Shown here: piece after piece, positions 49,026 to 59,027 of the stretch
Position numbering within the stretch: position 1 is the stretch's first letter
Layout: every line of letters starts with the position of its first letter
Origin: Thermoproteota archaeon
GTDB taxonomy: Archaea; Korarchaeota; Korarchaeia; Korarchaeales; Korarchaeaceae
Length of the DNA: 64,000 nt
Assembly (NCBI GenBank): GCA_026986575.1
Contig: JALSOH010000004.1
Span: 608,001-672,000 of the forward strand
Direction: 5' to 3'
Program-made: the position numbers and the translations under genes
The notes under the pieces: model-generated
Databases searched by the model: none
What the model was told of the DNA's origin: nothing
The model's input: only the letters and a program-made list of their open reading frames with translations

Positions 49026-49814
49026 ATGTGGGTGAAGGTGAAGGCGGTAATCTGGCTCCACACCTTGAGGCTGTGGAGGTACGGGATGAGTTTCATCAAC
49101 ATGATACTCTCTCAAGTACTCTGGATCCTCTTATTCATAATGGGCGTCCTCCTGTTCGTACCTTCCGAGCACCTGACCGTTGCACTGAGGATGGCCTACT
49201 GGACCATTGCAGCCTGGAGCGTCATATCCAGCTTCTCCTCACTCGTTGGGGGATGGACCTCCTTCTTCATTCTCATGGGAATGGTAGAGGAGCACCTGCT
49301 CAGGAACACTTCTCCCTTCACCACGATCATCGGAAGGGTCCTCACGGGGACCACAGTTTCTTTCGCCATAATAATAGCAATGGGCTACGCCTTCGGCTGG
49401 ATATTTGGTAGGGTTCTCATGACCGTCGAATGGCCATCTCTGATGCTCTCAGCCTTCGCTCTGCTTATCGTGGAGAGTCTCTCCTATGCCCTCTCAATCT
49501 CGGCCACTTCCATGAGGACGAGCATATCCGAGCAGTTCTTGGAGATACTCAACTTCGGAATAATCGGGCTGCTGATAGTTCCCGTTAGTGTCCTGCCTGA
49601 GTACGCCAGGCTGATCTACCTAGCGATCCCGTATGTAGCGCCCACCTACATGATCAAGGTTTCCGTGGGTGGTGAGAATCCCATCCTCATGAGGGAAGCC
49701 GTGTTGATAAGCGTTGTCGAGTCGATATTGATGGCCTTCATAGCACTCAGACTCATAAGATCCGTGGAGGAGCATATAAGGAGGAATGGGGTTAGAGCGG
49801 TTGGTTTCTGGTGA
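49026..49814 (+). CDS. ABC-2 type permease
   Basis: About 6 TM helices, PVSVLP..IPY, operon context. Confidence 0.8.
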   Translation: MWVKVKAVIWLHTLRLWRYGMSFINMILSQVLWILLFIMGVLLFVPSEHLTVALRMAYWTIAAWSVISSFSSLVGGWTSFFILMGMVEEHLLRNTSPFTTIIGRVLTGTTVSFAIIIAMGYAFGWIFGRVLMTVEWPSLMLSAFALLIVESLSYALSISATSMRTSISEQFLEILNFGIIGLLIVPVSVLPEYARLIYLAIPYVAPTYMIKVSVGGENPILMREAVLISVVESILMAFIALRLIRSVEEHIRRNGVRAVGFW

Positions 49815-49850
49815 TGTAAAACGCTTTAAATCCCAGATGGGTGATGGGAT

Positions 49851-50327
49851 ATGTCAGAGCTGACTGAGGGTTCTGAAGCACCTGATTTCTGCCTGCCCGA
49901 TCAAGACGGACAGGAGGTCTGCCTGAGTGAGTACAGGGGTAAGTGGGTGATCTTGTACTTCTACCCAAAGGACAACACGCGTGGGTGCACTCAGGAAGCC
50001 AAGGACTTCACCACCTTAATTGAGGAGTTCGAGAGACTCGGAGCCGTTATACTTGGAGTGAGCCCGGACTCTGTGAGGAGTCATAAGAGGTTCCAAGAGA
50101 AGCACGGACTAAGGGTCAGGCTCCTCAGCGATCCGGAGAAGGAGGTGATACGGAAGTACGGAGCATGGGGGAAGAAGAAAATGGCAGGCAGGGAGTACTT
50201 CGGGGTGATCAGGAGCACCTTCCTCATTGACCCCGAAGGCACGGTGAGGAAGGTTTGGCCCAAGGTCAAGGTGAAGGGGCACGCTGAAGAGGTCTTAAAC
50301 ACCCTTAAATCCCTCATTTCTTCCTAG
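49851..50327 (+). CDS. bcp: Peroxiredoxin BCP (thioredoxin-dependent thiol peroxidase)
   Basis: LYFYPKDNTRGCTQEA, RSTFLID, GHAEEV. Confidence 0.95.
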   Translation: MSELTEGSEAPDFCLPDQDGQEVCLSEYRGKWVILYFYPKDNTRGCTQEAKDFTTLIEEFERLGAVILGVSPDSVRSHKRFQEKHGLRVRLLSDPEKEVIRKYGAWGKKKMAGREYFGVIRSTFLIDPEGTVRKVWPKVKVKGHAEEVLNTLKSLISS

Positions 50328-50892
50328 CCACTAAGAGGTAGCTCCCCATGCTCCCCTCCCTAGCCTCCTCTATTACCAAACCCAAGCCCTCAACTATATC
50401 CTTTGCCTCATTTAATGAGTAGAAGTCCGAGGAGATGCCGAACAGCCTCTCAATCACTCTCAACAGCTTGGTCGTAAGCTTGCTCCCATCGAAATCGAAC
50501 ACCGCTAGCAACCCACCTTTTCTGAGGACCCTCACTCCTTCCCTTAGGGCCTCGATCTTCTTGGGTATGTGGTGGAGGGAATCGAAGAAGTAAACGAGAT
50601 CGAAGTAGGAATCCCTGAAGGGGAGACTGGAGGCATCTCCCACGACGACGTGGACTCTCGAGGAGCCCAGTCTCCCCCATGCCTTCTCGGCCATCGCTCC
50701 CTCAATCTCTAAAAGGAAAGCCTCGTTCACGTGGGGGGATATCAGCTCGGCAGCTATTCCGTAGCCAGCCCCGACATCGAGGACCCTCCCCGCTCTCCTC
50801 TCCCTAACCAATTCCACTAGGGGCGTGTAGAATCCCTTCACCTTAGGTGTGGAGTAAACCAGCCTATACGCCAAGGGCTCCCTGTCTCTCAT
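50314..50892 (-). CDS. Class I SAM-dependent methyltransferase
   Basis: VLDVGAGYG, GDASSLPF, SLHH, RVLRKGG. Confidence 0.9.
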   Translation of the reverse strand: MRDREPLAYRLVYSTPKVKGFYTPLVELVRERRAGRVLDVGAGYGIAAELISPHVNEAFLLEIEGAMAEKAWGRLGSSRVHVVVGDASSLPFRDSYFDLVYFFDSLHHIPKKIEALREGVRVLRKGGLLAVFDFDGSKLTTKLLRVIERLFGISSDFYSLNEAKDIVEGLGLVIEEAREGSMGSYLLVARKK

Positions 50893-52264
50893 GGCTACCC
50901 CACCACCAGAGCGCTAGCGAGGCGGAGGCGAACTCCCTGACATCATCGTATGTCGGTATGCCCGCCTCCTCCAGCAAGGACCTCTTATCCCTTGTGTAGC
51001 GGCCGCCCGCTGCGAAAACTAGCAGGGGCTTACCGGCAGCATCGAACCGGGAAAGGACCTCTGCAAAATCGTCTTCCAGCGGGGAATCTTGGAAGACAAC
51101 GAATACCCCCAGCAAACCGACCTCCTCTGACTTAGCCAGTACCTCCAAGGCGTTAAGGTAGTCGGAAGTGTTGGCGCTCCCCGTGAGGTCTATCACGAAG
51201 TCGCCCACCAAGACGTAAGGAGGAAGCGAGCCCCTGAGCTCCTCCTTCGTGTCCTCGCTCAGCTGGGCAATGGGAACTCTCCTCATCACCAGTTCGTCTG
51301 CGGCCATGACGCATGGTCCGGCGCCGTTGGTTACCATGACGACCCCACCACCCTTCATCGCCGGCTGCTTGGCCAAGGCCTTTACAGCGGCGTAGAGCTC
51401 ACCGAAGGAGTCGACCAGCAGGGCACCTGCCTGTCTTAAGGCAGATGAGGCCACCTCGTGCTTGGCCACCATTCTACCAGTGTGCGATACTGCAGCCAAA
51501 GAACCTTTCTCCGTTCTGCTAGCCTTGTAAACGACCACTGGCTTACCCGCATTCCTCACTGCTTCCATGAGCTCCCTTCCTCTAGTGAAGCTCTCCACGT
51601 AAACCCCGATGACGTGGGTTTTCGGATCCCCCGCGAAGTATGATATGAGGTCGGCCTCATCCACGTCTGCCCTGTTTCCCAAGCTCACCATCTTGCTAAC
51701 GCCTAGATGATCCTCAGCCGCCCAGTCCAAGAAGGTGGCTCCAAAGGTACCACTCTGGCTAAGGAAAGCCACGACTCCAGGGCCAGGCCTACCCATCCTC
51801 TCATGAGGCTGAAATGAAGTGTCTACCATGCTGTACCCGTCGAACACGCCTATGCAGTTAGGGCCAATTATCCTGATCCCACCCTCCTTGGCCAGCCTCA
51901 CGACCTCCCTCTCCATTCTCTTTCCCTCCGACCCGGCCTCGCCGAAGCCGCCCGATATTATGACTACTGCCTTGACACCCTTCTTCAGGCAGTCCTTCAT
52001 CGCGTCAACGACCGAGGGGGCAGGTAACGTTATGACAGCCAAGTCGACCTCATCCGGAACATCGAGGAGGGAAGGATACGTCTTGAGGCCTAGGATCTCG
52101 CCAGCTCGAGGATTCACAGGGTAGACCTTTCCCAAGTATCCCGTCATCAGGAGGCTCCTCAGAGATTCGTGGCCTATCTTGCCCGGCTTGGAAGAAGCTC
52201 CTATAAGGGCTACAGTCCTAGGCCTGAAGAAGTAGTCCAAGGAGGGGTCCGCTCTTCGCATCAT
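50864..52264 (-). CDS. acdA: Acetate/acyl-CoA ligase (ADP-forming) alpha subunit
   Basis: IGAS, SGGFGE, GPNCIG, SQSG, SHTG (phospho-His), TNGAG. Confidence 0.9.
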   Translation of the reverse strand: MMRRADPSLDYFFRPRTVALIGASSKPGKIGHESLRSLLMTGYLGKVYPVNPRAGEILGLKTYPSLLDVPDEVDLAVITLPAPSVVDAMKDCLKKGVKAVVIISGGFGEAGSEGKRMEREVVRLAKEGGIRIIGPNCIGVFDGYSMVDTSFQPHERMGRPGPGVVAFLSQSGTFGATFLDWAAEDHLGVSKMVSLGNRADVDEADLISYFAGDPKTHVIGVYVESFTRGRELMEAVRNAGKPVVVYKASRTEKGSLAAVSHTGRMVAKHEVASSALRQAGALLVDSFGELYAAVKALAKQPAMKGGGVVMVTNGAGPCVMAADELVMRRVPIAQLSEDTKEELRGSLPPYVLVGDFVIDLTGSANTSDYLNALEVLAKSEEVGLLGVFVVFQDSPLEDDFAEVLSRFDAAGKPLLVFAAGGRYTRDKRSLLEEAGIPTYDDVREFASASLALWWWGSHERQGALGV

Positions 52265-52369
52265 GTGATCGACCCGACTACACGTAAAAACGTAGCATCC
52301 AGCGACTTCACAGGGATCTCACGGGATTAAGGTTAAACCTTTCCTCGTTAATGTTAGAGCGATCTAAGA

Positions 52370-55300
52370 ATGCGGGACCTGTCGAAGCCCCAATCAATAT
52401 TCCTGATCTCCATACTCCTAGTCTCATATCTCGCGATCATTAGCCATTATGCTCCCCTCTCGACCGCTCACGTCAACCTGCCTGTGACAATAGTTGAGGA
52501 CAGCTTCTCTTCAAGCGAGAGAACCTATCAGCGATTTGATTTGACGACGGAAGTGTATGATGCTGGGACTGTCGGGAATTCTCAAGTGGATGTGGATGAA
52601 GCGAACGGCTGGCTGGTGTTCACGGGGTTCAACGAGGAGAATGCTGGTAATCCAAAGAAAGACGAGCCTATTGCCGTATTGAAGGCATATCAGGAACCGG
52701 ATGGCTTTCCCCATTACCTGAGACTCCCCTACAACTACACGATGTCTGTGGACTTTTCACTACCTTCTGGGAGTAAAGGCCACTTCTACGTTCTGCCTAG
52801 ATACGGCTCTGTGGCCAATAAATATGAGGTGGCCGTGGACACGGATTTCAATAACTTGGTCTTTAATGTGGTCCTCTCAGGTGAATGGAGGGAGCTCAAA
52901 ATCTCTCCTCTAGGATTTGATATAGTGGAGGGCAGGTGGTACAGGCTTCAGGTCATGGTGCTGTGGATCACTGACCCATCAACTGGCGATAAAACGAACC
53001 GCATAATAGCTACGGTCACGGACCTCGCTGATCCCGTCAACACGCATAGCGACGAGATCATCGACGCCTCTATCCCCCCATCGGCTCACAACGGGCTTGC
53101 CATCTTGGGCTTCCACCCGACGGAAGACTTCACAGTGCTGGCCGATAACCTCAGAGTAGACGCTCAGATGGAGAAAGTGGGCGAGGAGCCCGATGAGAGC
53201 CTCACCCCGAGCGACTTGGATGTGAGGGAGATATGGGTGCTCCATGACGACAGACTCTTCATCATGGTAAGGACCGCTGGCTCTATAGTAAGGGATCCAT
53301 CCGCGACCAAGTACTGGTCGGTGGAGCTGGACGCCGATAAGGACAGCCTAGCGTCGCTCTCATGGTTCAGAGACTATCTCATCGTCTTCAGCTTGGGACC
53401 TGATGGAACGGAGCAAGCCCACCTCTACGACGGGCTCGGGAATTGGATCTCCCAAGTGCAGATTGTGGGCGGAGGGGAGTCATCAGATGCTTTGATAGTG
53501 GGTATTCCGCTCGGACAACTCCCTCTCCTCTCGGAATCCTTCCTCATCTACTCGTACACTGAGCTAGGGGCTAGTGTGATAGACAGGTTCCCAGAGAGCT
53601 CTGCGATGACCGGAGATTTCCTCACTTATCCCGTTGAGGAGCCACCAGTGGATTGGAAGGCCAATGTGGCCGATGTGTCCGGGGACGCCTCACCCTCCTA
53701 TTTGGACATCACCGATTTCAAGGCAGGACTCACCTCCGATCAGTTGATCTTCAAGATCAAGGTGTCGGGAATCCTGCCTTGGTACGGCGGCTCCCCCGTT
53801 GGCACTTACTGGATCTTCATGGACACGGACGGGGATGCGACCACGGGATATTCAGTGGCGGGCATAGGAGCTGACTACATGGTGGAGTATCACTTGGGGT
53901 ACGCTCCGAAGTTGTATGAGAACACTGGAGCTGGCTGGTCTTGGTCTTTAGTTGGAAGGTGCGAACTCATCCACAATCCTGGAGGGGGTAGTGAGATCTT
54001 TCTATCCGTGCCTCGACACATGATATCCGATCTCCATAGAGAGCTCACTTCGGTGGCCGGATCCGGACAGTCAGGCTCACTCTTGGACTATACGGATGCT
54101 CTGACCATAACTTTAGTGTATAATGCCGAATACTCTGATGCTGAGATTCCGGTTGACACGAGTGGCAAGGAAATAGATGTTGTAGGTGAGGCCACAGGAT
54201 CTCCCGGATCTTATGACTTCGCCGGATGGTATACTAACACAGTGGCCTTTGATCCTGACACGAAGACTGCCGCCGTGGCTTGGGTCAGGAAAGACGCTGA
54301 TAGCTACGGAAATGACATCATATACTTGGAGATAGTGAAGATGGGCTCGAAGAACGCTTCATTAATCGTGAAATACGTGGGAAAGGCCTCTAGCATTGAC
54401 AGCATAGACTCCTTAATCATGGGTGGGGGTAGAATCCTCATAACTTGGACCTACTACACTTCATCCACAAAGACCAATGTGCGTGCCGCCCTTTACGACT
54501 TGGATGGCAATTACATCTGGAGCGGCGATGTAAGAGACACTACCTACTTCGAAGAGTATAGCAGATCCTGTTACGTACCAGGAGAGGGTAAATTCCTCGT
54601 AATCTGGTACTCCAGCGATGGCAGGAAGGTGGAAGGCAGGTGGTTAACTCCGGACGGGAGCATGGGCTCCCCGTTCTACATCACCTCTACTGGAGGCCTA
54701 TCCTATACTCAAGCTGATCTCATGCTCTGCGTGGGTGGCGGTAGCAAGGCCCTAGTGGTCTACCGATACCTCGATGGAGGTGGAGACCTAGGCCTCTCCG
54801 CAAGACTAGTTGACAGCTCGGGAGTGTCCGGCTACATCACACTCTATGACGATAACACAAAGGAGGAGATACCGGGGATAAGCGGGGCCTATCTGGAGTA
54901 TGAAGGGAACGGCTACTTCCTCGTGCCCTTTCTCTCCGGCAGCGAGGTCAGGTACGCCGTGGTCAAGGATGATGGGGCTGTGGTCTCCAACGACAGGAGA
55001 TTAACCGTCAACGGAAGGGAGCCCTATGCGATAAGTATGGAGGACAGGTTCGTGATCTCCTACATATATTTGAATGATGATCCCGAGGGAGACCCGAGAA
55101 TAGCGAACATAAATCCGGAGACGTGGGCCTATCACATAAGGGTGATAGACAGCGATTCAACCCAAATAGCTAGGCATCCGCTGGTGGCCTACGACTCCCT
55201 CAACGATCGGATAGTCTACCTGTGGACTTCCGGTTCCTCCAGCGATTACGAGGTGGCGTATGCGATCATAGATCCTCGGGACAGTCCAGGGAAGTATCCA

Positions 55301-58075
55301 ACCGTGGAAGAGAAGGGGACGCTCCTCTCGATGGGCGGCAATCAGATCGCCGACGGTCTGGCGGTGGTATCCAAGGACGAGTACCTAGCTGTCTATAGGG
55401 ACGACAGCTACGGAGTACAGGAGTTGATGTCGTACGTAAGGTTACCGGAGAAGGAAAATCTTTTAGATGCTTTTCTGATTGAACTGCCTGAGCAAGGCGA
55501 TTACTACAAGAGCATCTTGGAGGGCCTCATAGATGAAGCCTCGTCCAAGATATACGTGGCCGTTGCTTTCATAGATTACGAGGATATCCTGAAGAAGCTG
55601 GTGGAGGCCCATAACAGGGGGGTCGATGTCAAGGTCATAATGGACGACAGCCCGGGTAATTCTGACGCCCTCGATTACCTCCGCACTTACGGGGTCGAGG
55701 CGGTAGACGACTCCTCACTGGGTGATCCCACTCACATAATGCACGATAAGTTCATAGTGATAGATGGAAGGAAGCTGCTTGTATCCACGGTGAACCTCAT
55801 AGAGGACGACTTTTTCAGAAACAACAACACAGCTTTCGTGGTATCGAGCAGAATAGCAGCTTACTACTACGAGAAGGAGTTCCTCCAGATGTGGAATGGA
55901 GGGTCTGGTAAGTTCGGGATAGAGAAGACCGAAAGCAACGACTTCATTTCATCCACCACCTATTCCGGCAGGCAGCTGATGTTTCAGGGGCTCTTCACCC
56001 CACAGGAGTTCGGAGATAGGGGAAGGATACCGAATGTCTTGGCTGGATACGTGAAGAGGGCTTCGAAGCTCAGGTTCGCATCCTACATATTCACCACCAG
56101 CGGATGGGTCTCACCGCTCTACGATTCGATAGTCCACATGATCGACGGCGGTGGAAGCGTCGTAGGTGTGTTTGACGAGCTCCTCAACCTTCACAATAGG
56201 GGTAGGCGCATCTACGACCTGATAGATGGGGGAGTCCCCGTTTACGTCGACACGCACAAGTACAAGATGCATGCGAAGCTCTTCGTCGTTGATGATAGAC
56301 TCGCAGCTCTAGGCAGCTGGAACCCGACAAAATCAGCCACTACAGTGCACGACGAGAACATTCTCGTGATAATGGACGACAGCCCTGACGGGTTCGCCTC
56401 CAGATTGAGCGATTGGGTGGACGAGATGGCGTCAGATCCGGAGCACTTCGCTCTGATAACCCCAACATCCACCTACAGGGTGCCCCACCTCCTTATAACC
56501 GAGGTCATGTTCATGCCCGATTCAACCGGCAGCCCCGATGGCGAGTGGGTGGAGATATACAATCCTACCGGTGAAGATGTGGATCTGACGAACTACCTTA
56601 TAGGCGACTCGGAAACCTTGGTAGGCACAGCCCCCTACGATGATGAGAGCCTCTACAGGTTCCCATCCGGCGCGGTGATACAAGCTGGCAGGAGGATAGT
56701 GGTGGCCTACAAGGCAGCCGAATTCGAGTCCACCTATGGATATAAACCAGATTTCGAGTTGATTGACACCGATTCATCGGTTCCCGACCTGTCCCCGTAT
56801 GATCCAACTAATTACGGTAGCTCATGGAACTTGGACGATACTGGTGATGAGGTGCTACTGATTGAGCTGCAGGAAGGCGGCTTCCTACAAATAATCAGCG
56901 CCGTGTGGTACGGTTCCTCCACCTACTTGGATGGTCCAGTGGATACCTCGACTCTAGTCCCGGGCCAGACGATCCAGAGGTCCCTAGAGGATCGAGATGC
57001 CGCCTATGCCTCCACCGTCTTCGTGATTGCCAACCCAGCCCTGCCCTACGCTAAGCTCTTCTTAACGGTTCAAGACCCATCAGGGGACTCCTTGGCCTGC
57101 CAGGTGCACGTAACTTCCTCATGGGGAATTGATACCTACGCTAGTGACGGAGACTCACTTCAGGTGACTCCCGGGGATCGGCTAGCTCTCTCCGCGCAGG
57201 ATTGCTTTGGGTACTCCTTCCTGAGATGGGAGGGATATGTCAGCGACACCACTCCCCATATCTCATTTGAGATGCCGGATCACGACGTTGAGGAGACCGC
57301 AGTGTACAGCACAAAGAGCTACGAACTTAACATAAGGGTGATCAACGATAAAGGCTCTTCCCTGCCCTGCACCGTAGATATATCGGTAAACGGAGTGCCA
57401 GCCGGCTCGTTCGGTGATGGGGACTCCCTAGCAGTTCAGGAGGGAGCTGAAGTCAAGGTATCTCCGTCGGAATGCAGCGGATACTCATTTGATCACTGGG
57501 AGCTCGATGGAACCGAGCTGGATGAGGTCAGCCCGACATTCACTATGACGGGGGGTATGACCTTGAAGGCGATCTTCACTAGATCCCCCACGAGGAGAAC
57601 TATCGCCCCTAAAGCTTGGTACGCGTTGATATTCCCGGAGAAGTTCAGGTACGTGGCTAAGGGAGCGGACCTAGAGATGAACATGGATATCCTCTCCAAG
57701 ACAGCCGGACCGTCGCTGCCTGGCCAGAAGAGTATGTTGATAATATTGGGAGGCCCCGATGTCGTTCCTTACAACTGGAGGACTATTGGCGCGAGTTTCC
57801 TGAAGGACAGAGGTAGCTTCGTGGGGTTAGAGTTCAGATCAAAGGCCTACATCGCCGCATTCGGTGAAGTAGATTACGCCATCATCTACGTGGATCGGGA
57901 CAACATGGTGATAAGGATTGCTGGGATTACCAGGTACGGTACTAGGGCAGGTCTGATGTACTTAATGGAGCACCCTGACCTCCTGAGTGCTTCCGGTATC
58001 TATCTGATAAGATGGGAGGACCTCGACGGGGATAGTGACGTGAGCTTGAGCGAGATAAACCTCCTCTCTCCCTAA
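52370..58075 (+). CDS. 1901-aa secreted multidomain protein with two PLD (HKD) nuclease domains, lamin-tail domain and C-terminal surface module
   Basis: Signal peptide. MHDKFIVID and MHAKLFVVD. LLITEVMF..GEWVEIYNP (LTD). GYSFxxWE repeats. LGGP..AGITRYGT tail. Confidence 0.85.
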   Translation: MRDLSKPQSIFLISILLVSYLAIISHYAPLSTAHVNLPVTIVEDSFSSSERTYQRFDLTTEVYDAGTVGNSQVDVDEANGWLVFTGFNEENAGNPKKDEPIAVLKAYQEPDGFPHYLRLPYNYTMSVDFSLPSGSKGHFYVLPRYGSVANKYEVAVDTDFNNLVFNVVLSGEWRELKISPLGFDIVEGRWYRLQVMVLWITDPSTGDKTNRIIATVTDLADPVNTHSDEIIDASIPPSAHNGLAILGFHPTEDFTVLADNLRVDAQMEKVGEEPDESLTPSDLDVREIWVLHDDRLFIMVRTAGSIVRDPSATKYWSVELDADKDSLASLSWFRDYLIVFSLGPDGTEQAHLYDGLGNWISQVQIVGGGESSDALIVGIPLGQLPLLSESFLIYSYTELGASVIDRFPESSAMTGDFLTYPVEEPPVDWKANVADVSGDASPSYLDITDFKAGLTSDQLIFKIKVSGILPWYGGSPVGTYWIFMDTDGDATTGYSVAGIGADYMVEYHLGYAPKLYENTGAGWSWSLVGRCELIHNPGGGSEIFLSVPRHMISDLHRELTSVAGSGQSGSLLDYTDALTITLVYNAEYSDAEIPVDTSGKEIDVVGEATGSPGSYDFAGWYTNTVAFDPDTKTAAVAWVRKDADSYGNDIIYLEIVKMGSKNASLIVKYVGKASSIDSIDSLIMGGGRILITWTYYTSSTKTNVRAALYDLDGNYIWSGDVRDTTYFEEYSRSCYVPGEGKFLVIWYSSDGRKVEGRWLTPDGSMGSPFYITSTGGLSYTQADLMLCVGGGSKALVVYRYLDGGGDLGLSARLVDSSGVSGYITLYDDNTKEEIPGISGAYLEYEGNGYFLVPFLSGSEVRYAVVKDDGAVVSNDRRLTVNGREPYAISMEDRFVISYIYLNDDPEGDPRIANINPETWAYHIRVIDSDSTQIARHPLVAYDSLNDRIVYLWTSGSSSDYEVAYAIIDPRDSPGKYPTVEEKGTLLSMGGNQIADGLAVVSKDEYLAVYRDDSYGVQELMSYVRLPEKENLLDAFLIELPEQGDYYKSILEGLIDEASSKIYVAVAFIDYEDILKKLVEAHNRGVDVKVIMDDSPGNSDALDYLRTYGVEAVDDSSLGDPTHIMHDKFIVIDGRKLLVSTVNLIEDDFFRNNNTAFVVSSRIAAYYYEKEFLQMWNGGSGKFGIEKTESNDFISSTTYSGRQLMFQGLFTPQEFGDRGRIPNVLAGYVKRASKLRFASYIFTTSGWVSPLYDSIVHMIDGGGSVVGVFDELLNLHNRGRRIYDLIDGGVPVYVDTHKYKMHAKLFVVDDRLAALGSWNPTKSATTVHDENILVIMDDSPDGFASRLSDWVDEMASDPEHFALITPTSTYRVPHLLITEVMFMPDSTGSPDGEWVEIYNPTGEDVDLTNYLIGDSETLVGTAPYDDESLYRFPSGAVIQAGRRIVVAYKAAEFESTYGYKPDFELIDTDSSVPDLSPYDPTNYGSSWNLDDTGDEVLLIELQEGGFLQIISAVWYGSSTYLDGPVDTSTLVPGQTIQRSLEDRDAAYASTVFVIANPALPYAKLFLTVQDPSGDSLACQVHVTSSWGIDTYASDGDSLQVTPGDRLALSAQDCFGYSFLRWEGYVSDTTPHISFEMPDHDVEETAVYSTKSYELNIRVINDKGSSLPCTVDISVNGVPAGSFGDGDSLAVQEGAEVKVSPSECSGYSFDHWELDGTELDEVSPTFTMTGGMTLKAIFTRSPTRRTIAPKAWYALIFPEKFRYVAKGADLEMNMDILSKTAGPSLPGQKSMLIILGGPDVVPYNWRTIGASFLKDRGSFVGLEFRSKAYIAAFGEVDYAIIYVDRDNMVIRIAGITRYGTRAGLMYLMEHPDLLSASGIYLIRWEDLDGDSDVSLSEINLLSP

Positions 58076-58336
58076 TCTCTTCACTTAGTACAGCAAAGCT
58101 GACTCCTGTTATAAGATCTTAGTGATGTAGGATATAGTGGTCCTAATCTGGGTACACGGAGTGAGGTAAAGGCTGATAATAGCGGCAATAGCAAGCCGAG
58201 GGTCATTCCGGCAGCACAATCAGAAACGGCACTAACGAGGCTATCGATCAGGATAGAACTTCTCAGGGCGTTACTCTCCATACTCTCACTGTTGTTGATC
58301 CCCATGGCAAGAAGAAAGATTTCGAGGAGGGATAGG

Positions 58337-58759
58337 TCAGTACTCCACTATCCTCTTCAATTTCTTAGCGGCTTGCACCCATGAAACTACCTGCTTCTTG
58401 GTTGGAAGCCTTCTGACGAGCCTTTTCTTCTCATTAACCTTCACTAGCTCCTCATACAGGTTCTCCGGGTTCCTCCTAGCTAATTCGACCACTGTATCGA
58501 CGCCAGCCTGCTCGAGGAGGTCAGAGTACTCCTCGCCCACTCCCGGAATCCTAAATAGATCCGCCCTGTTGACCCACTCGAGGACCTTCTTCTCGGATAC
58601 GCCCAATGCCTTGGCGAGTCTCCTCCTGTCAGACCTCTTGGCCCCCGCCTTGAGTAAGTCATCAACGGACTTCACTCCTATTTCCTTTAGTTTTTTGGCG
58701 TACACGTTGCCTATGCCCTCTATCGCCTCTATAGGGTAGTTCAATCGTCTTCTGGGCAT
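58337..58759 (-). CDS. DUF4332 HhH-domain protein
   Basis: IEGIG, WVNRADLFRIPGVGEEYSDLLEQAGVDTVVELARRNP. Confidence 0.9.
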   Translation of the reverse strand: MPRRRLNYPIEAIEGIGNVYAKKLKEIGVKSVDDLLKAGAKRSDRRRLAKALGVSEKKVLEWVNRADLFRIPGVGEEYSDLLEQAGVDTVVELARRNPENLYEELVKVNEKKRLVRRLPTKKQVVSWVQAAKKLKRIVEY

Positions 58760-58845
58760 GAGAACACCTAAAGGATGAAGACAGGTATACTAATAAAGTT
58801 TCCACACGGAAATTCCTGCTGCTCTTAGAAGATTTTTCCTCAGAC

Positions 58846-58975
58846 GCCGAAGCCACTAAAGTGGTTGGCATGCGCAACCGTCGTGGTTCGGCACGGATCG
58901 TTGCCCAGGCACCAGTTACCCCCGAGTACCCAAGGGTTTGGATTCCATCCCTGCTGACACCTTTTAGGCGCTGGT
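58846..58975 (-). ncRNA. Candidate structured non-coding RNA
   Basis: Long hairpin GCCGAA...TTCGGC with inner GGTTG/CAACC, and a second domain closed by ACCAG/CTGGT. G-U pairs favour the minus strand. Confidence 0.35.
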
Positions 58976-59027
58976 AAAACTTTGGAATTAGGCTCGATTC
59001 TCAGATCCGCTGAAACCTTTATCCTAA

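Noticed and set aside
58081-58305. 74-aa minus-strand ORF, possible transporter remnant
   Set aside because: Only one hydrophobic stretch, so it cannot be supported.
58895-58915. CTGGGCAAC (minus strand) resembling an HDV ribozyme or SAM riboswitch motif
   Set aside because: The required P1/P3/L3 or SAM core elements are absent or in the wrong order.
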